From a virus, in IMG/VR virus record IMGVR_UViG_3300021171_000008, positions 14,423 through 78,422 of that record: a stretch of 64,000 nt of DNA. The stretch is one strand, 5' to 3'. The notes below the pieces were generated by a model. That model was not told the origin of the DNA, made no database searches, and worked only from the letters and a program-made list of their open reading frames with translations. Both the position numbers and the translations under genes were made by a program. Positions within the stretch are counted from its first letter, which is position 1, and each line of letters opens with the position of its first letter. Positions 30,022 through 38,467 of the stretch are shown in pieces.

Positions 30022-30324
30022 TTAGGTCGGTTTCAGGTTTTTGAGGTAATTTTCCGAAATTTGCGCGCTAAGCCTTTGGCGACCTTCAGTGTACCAAGCT
30101 GGGGTTCTTTCCCTCGCAAGCGGATTCGGCGGCTTAGGCGGGACATGCAGGCTCAATCCCCGACGCCGTTGACCGAGGGCATAGATCTGCCGGACCCGCT
30201 CGCGCGACAAGCCAAACTCATCGCCGACCGATCGCAGCGTTCGCCCCGATAGGACCGCAAGCCTTATTGCCTCATCGCGTTCCGGCGTCCTCGTCCAATT
30301 GCCTTCAGCGATCCCGTACAGCAT
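30022..30324 (-). CDS. Sigma-70 region 4-like HTH protein
   Basis: GRTLRSVGDEFGLSRERVRQI motif; GGAGTCGA RBS. Confidence 0.7.
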   Translation of the reverse strand: MLYGIAEGNWTRTPERDEAIRLAVLSGRTLRSVGDEFGLSRERVRQIYALGQRRRGLSLHVPPKPPNPLARERTPAWYTEGRQRLSAQISENYLKNLKPT

Positions 30325-30394
30325 GGTTCGACTCCTCACTCCACTTGCAGATCATGCAAATGGACGCCAGGAATGGATCGCGGTCAAGAGCGCT

Positions 30395-31027
30395 TCAGTG
30401 GATCTCGTCGTCGACGTCGAAGTCTCGCTTGGGCGATGGCTCACGGTCGTCGATCGCTTGCCAGTTGCGCTCGGTCTTTTGAGCGCGAATTTTCGCCAGC
30501 TCTTTGTCCGTGAGCGTGCCGAACCGATCGACCAGCTCAAGCTTGCCGCCGTTGTACCAAGCCGCGCCTTTGGTCGGATTGATGAGCCGACGCCAGACGT
30601 CGCCGTGCTCGGCCTGGAAGCGCAACCGTCGATCGCGGACGAAAGCGCTGTCCGCAATGATCTCCACCGTGTCAGGGATCTCGCCACGCCGCAGATAGGG
30701 CCACAGGCGCGCAGCGATGATCCACTCGCGGCAATTGGGCTTGCGGAACGCCTCATGCGCCCAACGCCCGCAGTGGGCTAATTCGCCGCTATCGCGAATC
30801 CAGGCCAAATCGCCATAACGCCGCTCGGTCAGTACGCGCGCCGTCAAAGTGCGGTCCGAGCGTTTCGCGGCCGGTCCAGGGCGCCGAATGGAACAGGTGA
30901 TCAGCACCGCGCGCGTGGCTCGATTGATCACCGCCCAAGGCTCAAACAACGCCAGAACCTCATCAGCGCTCGCCAGGGTTGGACTTCCCCGCCTCGCAAT
31001 TTCAATCATTTGCGCCTCCGCTACCAA
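30395..31027 (-). CDS. Hypothetical protein
   Basis: 210-aa ORF; start uncertain. Confidence 0.45.
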   Translation of the reverse strand: MVAEAQMIEIARRGSPTLASADEVLALFEPWAVINRATRAVLITCSIRRPGPAAKRSDRTLTARVLTERRYGDLAWIRDSGELAHCGRWAHEAFRKPNCREWIIAARLWPYLRRGEIPDTVEIIADSAFVRDRRLRFQAEHGDVWRRLINPTKGAAWYNGGKLELVDRFGTLTDKELAKIRAQKTERNWQAIDDREPSPKRDFDVDDEIH

Positions 31028-31698
31028 AACCTGTCAAGCGAAATCGCCACTCCAAAAACCCCAATCTTATCAAAGCCAAAACCCTAAGCCCTTGACATCC
31101 TTCAACTGTCCCTGCTATCCCCTCGCGCGCGAATCCCTAACAAATTACAGCAGCCCACTGGGCCTAGGCGTCGCTAGGCCCCCTGTGGGGATGCGACTGC
31201 AAATGATCAACCATAAAAAACCTTCGATCTTAGGGCTTCTAGGGGACGTTAGCGTCCCTATCTCCTCCCTTTCTGCACCTTCTGCAAGCGCTTCTAAGCG
31301 CTTCGCGCCTTACGGCGAAGCTTAGAAGCTCTCTCCTATAAAAAGACAGCACAGAGCCTCTACCTTCGTTCCCCTTCACCCGCTGGTCCCTTCCTCGGAG
31401 ACTGAAACGAGTGTCGTTTTGTCCTGTCCCTGGCCGGTTCTGCGCCGGTTGCGCGTCGAGCGCTGCGAGCGGGCTCAAACAGGGGCTAAGTGCTTGATGT
31501 TGCTGAGTGCTGTGCGTGTATCTGAAGATTGTGAGACACGCAATAAACGCATACCACTTCCGGGGCGTGCATCGTGCCAAATCAGTGCCAATAGAGGGCC
31601 GCTGCGGCGGCAGGAGGGTGGGGGGGGGACCGCCCATCTTGAACTTTTAGGCTTGTAGCGTTGAGGTAAAAATCTGGTTGGTTTGGCGGAGATTGAAC

Positions 31699-32277
31699 AT
31701 GGCAGATCCGGGAAAGCCAAGGGCACGGAAGAGCAGGGCGCTGACGAGTGAGGAATTGGCGGAGCGGGAGAAGCAGGCGAAGGAGATGGAGGGTTCGATT
31801 GAGCAGATGTCGGCGAATGGTCTGACGCCTCAGGAGATCAGTTTGCTGACGGGGTTGAGCGCGGATCGGCTGTACAGGAAGTACAAGGGGCAGATGATGA
31901 AGGGCGGGGCGAGGCGGACGAACGAGGTTGCGCAGGCGGCGTATTTGATGGCGACGGGGGGACCGGAGAAGAACTGGCGACAGGCTGACGCGAGTATGAA
32001 CAAATTTTGGTTAGAGCGTCGTGGTGGGCCGATCTGGGCGCCGCCGAAGCCGGATCAGGAAGCGGGGCCGGACTTGACGCGGTTGAGTGTTCCGCAATTG
32101 ATTGAGTTGGAGCGGGCGTTGCGGCCGCTAGCGAGACATCCGGTGCTGATTGATGCCGAGGTCGAATCTACCGAGCCACGAGGCGGTGGTGGCGGAGTTG
32201 ATGAAAAGGGAGCTGGGGATTTCGTCGATGGAGGCGTCGGCGAGCGTGTCGACGGTTCGGGAGCGGTGCCGGAATAG
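31699..32277 (+). CDS. terS: Terminase small subunit
   Basis: HTH-like N-terminus, A..FWLERRGG motif, DLTRLS..QL motif; directly upstream of terL. Confidence 0.7.
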   Translation: MADPGKPRARKSRALTSEELAEREKQAKEMEGSIEQMSANGLTPQEISLLTGLSADRLYRKYKGQMMKGGARRTNEVAQAAYLMATGGPEKNWRQADASMNKFWLERRGGPIWAPPKPDQEAGPDLTRLSVPQLIELERALRPLARHPVLIDAEVESTEPRGGGGGVDEKGAGDFVDGGVGERVDGSGAVPE

Positions 32278-33811
32278 TTTGGTGAATTTTGTTGAGGAGG
32301 CGTGGCCGATTTTGGAGCCCCGGATGGTGTTTGTGAAGGGGCCTTTGGTCGAGGCGATCTGCGAGCATTTGGAAGCGGTTTCGGCGGGGCTGATTACGCG
32401 GCTGTTGATCAATGTTCCGCCTGGGTCGGCGAAGTCGCTTTTGGTCAGTGTGCTTTGGCCGAGCTGGGAATGGGGCCCTCGGGGTCTGACGTCGTATCGG
32501 TACATCAGCTCCAGTTTTGCGGAGAGCGCGTGCGTTCGGGACGTTCGCAAGATGCGGATGTTGGTGACCAGCGACTGGTATCAGCGTCACTGGCCGCATG
32601 TTGAGTTGACGCGCGGTGGGGAGCTGTCGTTTGAAAATTCGATGACGGGGACGCGGGACGGGGTTGCGTTCTCCAGTCTGACTAGCCGGCGCGGTGACAG
32701 ATTGATTCTGGATGACCCGCACAGTGTGGAGAAGGCGGAGAGCCCGAACGATCGGGAGAAGGCGACGCGGCGGTTTCGGGAGAGCGCGGTGAACCGTCTG
32801 AACGATCAGGCGCGCTCGGCGATCGTTGTGGTGATGCAGCGGCTGCACGAGGCGGACATCAGCGGGGTGATCATGGAGTACATGCCCGATTATTGTTTGT
32901 TGGTTTTGCCGATGGAGTACGAATCGTCGCGGCATTGCGAAACGAGCATTGGATTTAGCGACTGGCGGCGCAGCGAGGGGGAGCTTTTGTTTCCGGCGCG
33001 GTGGGGCCGGCAGGAGGTTGAGAACCTCAAGCGGGACATGGACAAATTTGCGTGGGCTGGCCAGTACCAGCAGCGGCCGGCGCCGCGAGGCGGGGGGCTG
33101 TTTCCGTATGGCGGCTGGGAATATTGGCATCGCGGGATTGCGCTGACGTTCGGCAGGAACGAATCGCAATATCCGGACATGGACGTGATCCTGGGCTCGC
33201 TGGACCCGGCTTACGGCGAGAAGCAGGAAGCCGATTTTTCGGCCTTCATCGTGCTCGGGCTCTGGACGAACCATCGCGGGGTGCAACAGGCGATGTTGAT
33301 GGCTTGCTGGCAGAAGCGGCTGGCGTTGAACGATCTGGTCGAGGAGGTGATCAAATCGTGCAGAAAATTGAAGGTCGATCGGCTCTTAATCGAGCTGAAA
33401 GCGTCAGGGATCTCGGTCGCGCAGGAGATTTCGCGGCTGACGCGGGACGAGGAATTTGCGGTCCAGCGGATCGATCCGGGTAATATGGACAAGGTTTCGC
33501 GCGCGAACGCGCTGTCGCATTTGTGGGGCGAGGAGCAGGCGGATGGCAGTGTGCGCAAGGGCGTCATCTGGTGCCCAGCTCAGACGCAGAGTAACGGGGC
33601 GGTTTGGCCTCGGGATTGGGCCGAGCTGTGCATGAGCCAGTGCGCGAGCTTCCCGAAAGGGAAATTCGACGACATCGTTGACGCCTTGTGTCAGGCGCTG
33701 AAGTGGTGCCGCGATCGGGGCTTGCTGAAGAAGTCGACCGAGGTCCAGGCGGAGGAATACGCGGAGCTGATGGCGTCGCCGCTTCCCCCGCAGCCGCTGT
33801 ACCCGATTTGA
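32153..33811 (+). CDS. terL: Terminase large subunit
   Basis: LLINVPPGSAKS Walker A, GDRLILDDPH Walker B, VVMQRLHE.D, GQYQQRPAP, nuclease FPKGKFDDIVDA. Confidence 0.95.
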   Translation: MPRSNLPSHEAVVAELMKRELGISSMEASASVSTVRERCRNSLVNFVEEAWPILEPRMVFVKGPLVEAICEHLEAVSAGLITRLLINVPPGSAKSLLVSVLWPSWEWGPRGLTSYRYISSSFAESACVRDVRKMRMLVTSDWYQRHWPHVELTRGGELSFENSMTGTRDGVAFSSLTSRRGDRLILDDPHSVEKAESPNDREKATRRFRESAVNRLNDQARSAIVVVMQRLHEADISGVIMEYMPDYCLLVLPMEYESSRHCETSIGFSDWRRSEGELLFPARWGRQEVENLKRDMDKFAWAGQYQQRPAPRGGGLFPYGGWEYWHRGIALTFGRNESQYPDMDVILGSLDPAYGEKQEADFSAFIVLGLWTNHRGVQQAMLMACWQKRLALNDLVEEVIKSCRKLKVDRLLIELKASGISVAQEISRLTRDEEFAVQRIDPGNMDKVSRANALSHLWGEEQADGSVRKGVIWCPAQTQSNGAVWPRDWAELCMSQCASFPKGKFDDIVDALCQALKWCRDRGLLKKSTEVQAEEYAELMASPLPPQPLYPI

Positions 33812-33843
33812 CCTAAACGGCCACGGCGGCTATATTCGCCATT

Positions 33844-34299
33844 ATGACCACAGATGAGGCCGTGACCATTTTGGACAACATTCCGGGGAATGTGGTCGTT
33901 CCGGCCGCTAAGGTCGTTCAGATGTTGCGCGCATGGAAAGGCGTCGATGCAAACGAGGTCATCGACGTGCTGGAGCAGTTGAGGCCGTCTGAGGTGCTTG
34001 AAGTCGTCGCGTTCGCCGAGCGCAAAATCGCCCGCCGGAATCGGCCGCGCTAGGAGCGTTGGAAGATGACGCGGGCGGAGGCGATCAGGGCGATGGATCG
34101 GCGGATGAGGGTCCGAGTCGGTGCGTTCCGTAATCCGGACAGCTGGGGTTATTGCGAGGGAGTGATCACGCACATCTGCCGCTGCGGCGTGGTTGGCGTC
34201 GAGGACGATGGCGGGACGACCTATTTCCGGCCGCAGCGGACTGTGCGGGCGGTGGGACCGGCCCCAGCGCCGGAACCGGCCCCTTCAGTCCATCCGTGA
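33844..34299 (+). CDS. Two small hypothetical genes (33844-34053, 34066-34299)
   Basis: ORFs following terL. Confidence 0.45.
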
Positions 34300-34359
34300 G
34301 GCGCGTTGGCGGACCGAACCTCCGGACTGTACACCTCCATCCTGGGAGGAAAAAGCGAC

Positions 34360-35184
34360 ATGACGCTGATCCGGGTGTTTCCACGCAAGACGAAGGCGAC
34401 GCCGGACGACGAGCTGGCCTATTTCGGACCCCCTGATTTGTTCGCGCGCGCCGACGAGGTGCATGTTTCGGTGGCGTTCACCTACGACAAGCCGAAGGCG
34501 GAATGGCTGGCCGAGCAATGGCGGCATGTTGCGCCGGTCAAGGTCGGCGGCGTCGCTTATGGCGATCGCGGTGATGAGTTTGTTCCTGGCCGCTACATCA
34601 AGCCAGGGTACGTCTTCACCAGCCGGGGGTGCCCTCGGCGTTGCTGGTTCTGTTCGGTCTGGAAACGCGACCCGGTTCCGAGGTTGTTGCCGGTCATCGA
34701 CGGCTGGAACATTCTCGATGACAATCTTCTCGCCTGCCCGCGCGAGCATGTCGAGGCGGTGTTTGCGATGCTGCGGGGGCAGAAGCGGCGGGTGGAGTTC
34801 ACTGGGGGTCTGGAGGCGCTGGCCTTGGAGGATTATCAGGTCGATCTCTTGGCGGGTCTCACGCCTCGACCGAACATGTTCTTCGCCTACGATCCCGGCG
34901 ACGAGTTCGAGACGCTGCGCTCGGCGGCGCGGCGGCTTTTGGATGCCGGGTTCACTGCCGAATCGCATCGGATGCGGGTCTATGTGCTGATTGGCTATCC
35001 CAAGGATACGATCAGCGCCGCCGTAGAGCGGTTGCGCGCTATGGAGGGAATTGGGTTCACGCCGATGGCGATGCTGTGGCGCCCGGAGACGCTGAGTCAG
35101 GAGAAATGGACGCCGGATTGGCGCTGGCGCGGGTTTCAGCGGCGGTGGGCGCGGCCAGCGCTGATTCATGCGCGTGCGGTGTAA
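34360..35184 (+). CDS. Radical SAM-family protein
   Basis: TSRGCPRRCWFC (CxxxCxxC), LDDNLLA and YVLIGY motifs. Confidence 0.85.
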   Translation: MTLIRVFPRKTKATPDDELAYFGPPDLFARADEVHVSVAFTYDKPKAEWLAEQWRHVAPVKVGGVAYGDRGDEFVPGRYIKPGYVFTSRGCPRRCWFCSVWKRDPVPRLLPVIDGWNILDDNLLACPREHVEAVFAMLRGQKRRVEFTGGLEALALEDYQVDLLAGLTPRPNMFFAYDPGDEFETLRSAARRLLDAGFTAESHRMRVYVLIGYPKDTISAAVERLRAMEGIGFTPMAMLWRPETLSQEKWTPDWRWRGFQRRWARPALIHARAV

Positions 35185-35189
35185 CCCCG

Positions 35190-35861
35190 ATGGGCATCTG
35201 GGCGTTGATCGTGATGTGGTGGCGGGCGCGGCAGCGGGACGTCGACATGGAGATCCTGTGGCCGATCTGCCTGCGGGAGGCGGGCGATCTCGACCGGGCG
35301 AAAGCAGCATTTGCATTTCATGCTATGAACGACCCCGCGTGGTTGTGCCTGGGCGAGGAGCGGTTGCTCGCCTTCATCGACCGCCTGGAGGCCTATGACT
35401 GATGCCGACGAGCCGCCGTCTCTATGGAAACGCGGTTGATCAGATTGCCGATCGACTGACGGAGTCGCGCAAGCTCCTGCTTGAGGCGTTCAAAGCGATG
35501 GTGGATGAGCGCCCTGGCGAGGCGCAGACGTTGCTCGAACAGGCTGAGATGACGATTAGCGGCGCGGCGACGTTGGCCAAGTGGGCGACGACGCTCGTGA
35601 AGGAGGCGCGATGAGGATCGCGATTGTGCTTTTGGCCAATGCGCTCGTTTGGACGGCGCTTTGGCAGCTGGCGTCAGCGATGGCGCAATTCCGATGACCT
35701 CGCCAGCGCGGCAGCGGTTGTTGGACTTGGCGCAGAAGCTGGAGGATAGAGTTCCTCTGACGCCGAAGGAAAAGGCCTTTCTCGTGAGCGCCCTGTTAGC
35801 GATCAGCTTGGGCGTGGACGCCAATGAGGCGCTGTGGCTTAAGGACCGCAAGCCCAGGTAG
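35190..35861 (+). CDS. Small hypothetical genes (35190-35402, 35402-35614, 35694-35861)
   Basis: Coupled ORFs. Confidence 0.45.
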
Positions 35862-35928
35862 CTCAGTTCGGTAGAGCGCTGCGTTGAAGGCGCAGGCGTC
35901 GGAGGTTCGATTCCTTCCTTGGGCACCA
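35852..35928 (+). tRNA. tRNA-Phe (GAA) with encoded CCA
   Basis: Acceptor GCCCAGG/CTTGGGC, D-arm GCTC/GAGC, anticodon arm CTGCG-TTGAAGG-CGCAG, T-arm GGAGG-TTCGATT-CCTTC, ACCA end. Confidence 0.9.
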
Positions 35929-36398
35929 ACCAACATGCCAGATTCATCGAGCGCTTGCGCGGCTCGAAACCGGGCGTGTTCGCTTTCGCCTATTGGCTCA
36001 ACTCGCGCGGCTACTGGGTCGAGATTGCGCCGACCAGGGAAGCGCCGTGCGCGGCCGAGCACCCGCAGTACATCGACGGCGGCGACCTATTCGCCTGGAA
36101 GGATGGCCCGAGGCTGCGAATCGAGGTCAAGACGCTTGGCGTCACCTTTCGCGGCCGAAACGATTGGCCCTATCCCAATGTTTTCGTCGCTAGCGCGATG
36201 TCGGTCGATCGCGCGATCGGCGAGGTCTATGCCTGGGTGAGCGTGAGCCATGACCTCGCCGCCGCCGTGATGATGGAGGCGACGACGTTCGGGACGTGGA
36301 CCCGCACAACGAAGACCGCCAGCAATACCGGGAATGACGAGATCTTCTACGCGGCCCCGATGGAGGGGGTGAAATTCATCAAATTGGCTCAGAGTTGA
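35919..36398 (+). CDS. Possible PD-(D/E)XK nuclease-fold protein
   Basis: D.GDL......RIEVK motif. Confidence 0.45.
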   Translation: MGTNQHARFIERLRGSKPGVFAFAYWLNSRGYWVEIAPTREAPCAAEHPQYIDGGDLFAWKDGPRLRIEVKTLGVTFRGRNDWPYPNVFVASAMSVDRAIGEVYAWVSVSHDLAAAVMMEATTFGTWTRTTKTASNTGNDEIFYAAPMEGVKFIKLAQS

Positions 36399-36488
36399 CA
36401 CTAGTTGACACCATCTTGACGGTTTCTGCGGTTGGTGCAAGATGGCGGTCGCCAACCTTAAAGGGAGGCGCGTCACAGGAGTAAGCGG

Positions 36489-36758
36489 ATGGCCACTACA
36501 GACACGTATAAGTCGATCAACGATCCGGGTTATCGGATCGATGAGGTCGATCAGGCGAAGGAGCGCATTGCGGGGCGGTTTCGGCGCAAGATCGAGCTGG
36601 TTCAGCAGATCAATCGGGCTAAGGGCGAACTCTATGCCATGGAGATGGAGGACGCCGCCGATCGGTATCTCATCAAGGAGCTGAACAAGTCGCCGTACAG
36701 CTCGCTGAAGAGCTACTTCAAGGTTGAGGCCCGCAACCAGCCTGAGTTGCGGAACTAA
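36489..36758 (+). CDS. Hypothetical protein with its own promoter and terminator
   Basis: TTGACA/TTGACG hexamers upstream, AGGAG RBS. Confidence 0.55.
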   Translation: MATTDTYKSINDPGYRIDEVDQAKERIAGRFRRKIELVQQINRAKGELYAMEMEDAADRYLIKELNKSPYSSLKSYFKVEARNQPELRN

Positions 36759-36763
36759 GGGGG

Positions 36764-36788
36764 AAGGGCCGCTTCGGCGGCCCTTTTC
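36764..36788 (+). terminator. Rho-independent terminator
   Basis: AAGGGCCGC-TTCG-GCGGCCCTT followed by TTCATTT. Confidence 0.8.
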
Positions 36789-36873
36789 ATTTCTGGGCCT
36801 TGACGTTTCGCAGATCGTGCAAATATGGGCGAAACCACGGCCTACCGTTGGCTATTACAGCAAAGGAGTCGAA

Positions 36874-37689
36874 ATGAAGTCCCCGAGGGTGACGGCTAAG
36901 AAAGAATCCGTCGAAATCAAACCGATTGAGATGCGCAAATTCGTCGTCCATCTGGTCGGCGAGAATCTTCTCATGCACCGCTTCGCGCAAAAAGCGTGGC
37001 AAGAACTGCTTTTGCCCGCCTCGAAAGGGAAGGCGGCCGAAGGCGCGCCGCTCAAGCATGATCCTCTGAGCGAGTTTCGCGATTCGCTCTATCGCTGCCG
37101 CGACGTCCAGGCGCCAACCCTGTTTCACTTGCCGAACGGCATCGTGAGCAAGGCCATGGCGGCGGCGGCGCTCGACATGGGCGGGGCGTTCAAGACACAA
37201 ATCCAGCGGCTGACCATGGTTCTGACGCCGACGCTGCATTTGTACGGCGTGCCGGAGCTGCGCATGGACATGGTGCGCAACTCCGATATGGCCAGGACGC
37301 CGGATGTGCGGACGCGGCCGATCTTTAAGCGCTGGGCGCTCCCCAATGTGGTGATCCAGTACAAGGTCGCGCCGCTCAACGACAGCCAGATGCTGAATCT
37401 GCTCGCGGGCGCCGGCCAGATCGTCGGTTTCGGTGATGGTCGCCAGCAAAAGGGCGGTGGCCCGGAGGGCGGCCCGTTCGGCTGCTTCCGCATCGTCAGC
37501 GATCACAATGATCCGGAGCTGAAGGAGATCATGGCGACCGGCGGGCGGGCCGCACAGCAGGCCGCGTGGACCGATCCGGAGATGTTCGACGAGAACACCG
37601 CCGAATTGATGGACTGGTTCAACGTTGAGATCGATCGCCGCCACAAGCCTCGTCGGGGCGATGGCGCCGCCGTGCAAGTGGGAGCTTGA
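36874..37689 (+). CDS. Stand-alone Cas7/RAMP-like RNA-binding protein (effector for the GGY-NN guide array)
   Basis: N-terminal beta-strand V.L.G..LLMH, central P....KAM..AA, RTRP.F..W, and C-terminal Gly-rich loop AG..VGFGDGR..KGGG...GPFG.F typical of RAMP folds; no other cas genes in the window. Confidence 0.75.
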   Translation: MKSPRVTAKKESVEIKPIEMRKFVVHLVGENLLMHRFAQKAWQELLLPASKGKAAEGAPLKHDPLSEFRDSLYRCRDVQAPTLFHLPNGIVSKAMAAAALDMGGAFKTQIQRLTMVLTPTLHLYGVPELRMDMVRNSDMARTPDVRTRPIFKRWALPNVVIQYKVAPLNDSQMLNLLAGAGQIVGFGDGRQQKGGGPEGGPFGCFRIVSDHNDPELKEIMATGGRAAQQAAWTDPEMFDENTAELMDWFNVEIDRRHKPRRGDGAAVQVGA

Positions 37690-37690
37690 A

Positions 37691-38182
37691 ATGGAGCAAG
37701 AACGACGAGAGCTTTTGTGGCAGGCGTTGGTCGCCAGCGCTGTTGACGGTCTCATCACGGCCGATAGCGTGGTCGAAGCCGCGAAGGACCCCGCGAACGT
37801 CCTGCACGGCGAGTTCGAGTGGCGGGACGATGTCGCCGCTCACCGATACAGGCTGCAACAGGCGCGGCAGCTGATCCGGATCTATTCCCCGCGAGTGGAT
37901 TACATCTCGATCAAGGACGAGGCGCCGGTCGAGCGCGACATCGTCTACTTGCACGATCCGCGCGTCGGCCCGCGTGTCCAGGCCTACGTGTCGTCGGCCA
38001 CTCTCGCGGACGATGGCGACGCTTCGCTCACGGCGGTCTTGCTCGAACTCAGGTCCGTCAGCGCGGCGGTGACGCGGCTCGCGCGCGTCGCTCATGCTCT
38101 GGGAGTCGAGTGCCCGACTGGGGATCTGGAGGCCGCCGTCCAGGCGTTGGCTGAGCGTCTCCAGGGGCGGAATGCAGCGTAA
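37691..38182 (+). CDS. Partner protein of the RAMP-like gene
   Basis: VVEAAKDP..VLHGEFEW.D..AA..YRL.QARQLIR motif; lies between the effector gene and the array. Confidence 0.65.
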   Translation: MEQERRELLWQALVASAVDGLITADSVVEAAKDPANVLHGEFEWRDDVAAHRYRLQQARQLIRIYSPRVDYISIKDEAPVERDIVYLHDPRVGPRVQAYVSSATLADDGDASLTAVLLELRSVSAAVTRLARVAHALGVECPTGDLEAAVQALAERLQGRNAA

Positions 38183-38192
38183 GTGCGTATCA

Positions 38193-38462
38193 GGCAAGGC
38201 AGGCACGGTTAGGTGGGGCCGGGTAAGGCGAGGCAGGGTCAGGTTAGGTCCGGTGAGGCAGAGCAAGGCAGGCGCGGCTGGGCTGGGCAAGCCTTGGGCG
38301 GCATGGCTGGGCGCGCTTTGGTATGGCTCGGCAGGGCTCGGCAGGCACGGCGTGGCAAGGCGCGGCGAGGCTTGTCAAGGCATGGCTGGGCTAGGCGAGG
38401 CAGGCGAGGCAAGGCGAGGCTCGGTCTGGTGCGGCCGGGTCAGGCGAGGCAGGCCATGGCAC
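38193..38462 (+). ncRNA. GGY-NN pentamer guide array A (~50 pentamers; 4 units separated by 4-nt GGCA)
   Basis: Units 38202-38266 (13 pentamers), 38271-38339 (13 + one irregular 4-mer), 38344-38398 (11), 38403-38462 (12); GGC/GGT constant, NN variable. Confidence 0.85.
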
Positions 38463-38467
38463 GGGGG

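Noticed and set aside
26605-30335. GGTTCGACTCC copies as tRNA fragments or att sites
   Set aside because: No cloverleaf context; each is the reverse complement of an RBS directly before a start codon.
30955-31010. Third hammerhead (CTGATGAG with upstream GAAA and GTC on the minus strand)
   Set aside because: Stems I and III do not pair, and the site lies within an ORF.
35196-35210. Five consecutive dinucleotides of guide A2 (AT TG GC TT AT) match IWALI in gene 35190; GC TG TG also matches ACW in terL
   Set aside because: About one such hit is expected by chance in 128 kb of searchable sequence, and the flanking positions do not match.
38193-38462. Canonical CRISPR array or protein-coding microsatellite (ORFs 38094-38531, 38213-38608)
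   Set aside because: No 25-45 bp repeats with unique spacers. The 5-nt period is incompatible with codon structure, and the ORFs are low-complexity by-products of the repeat.
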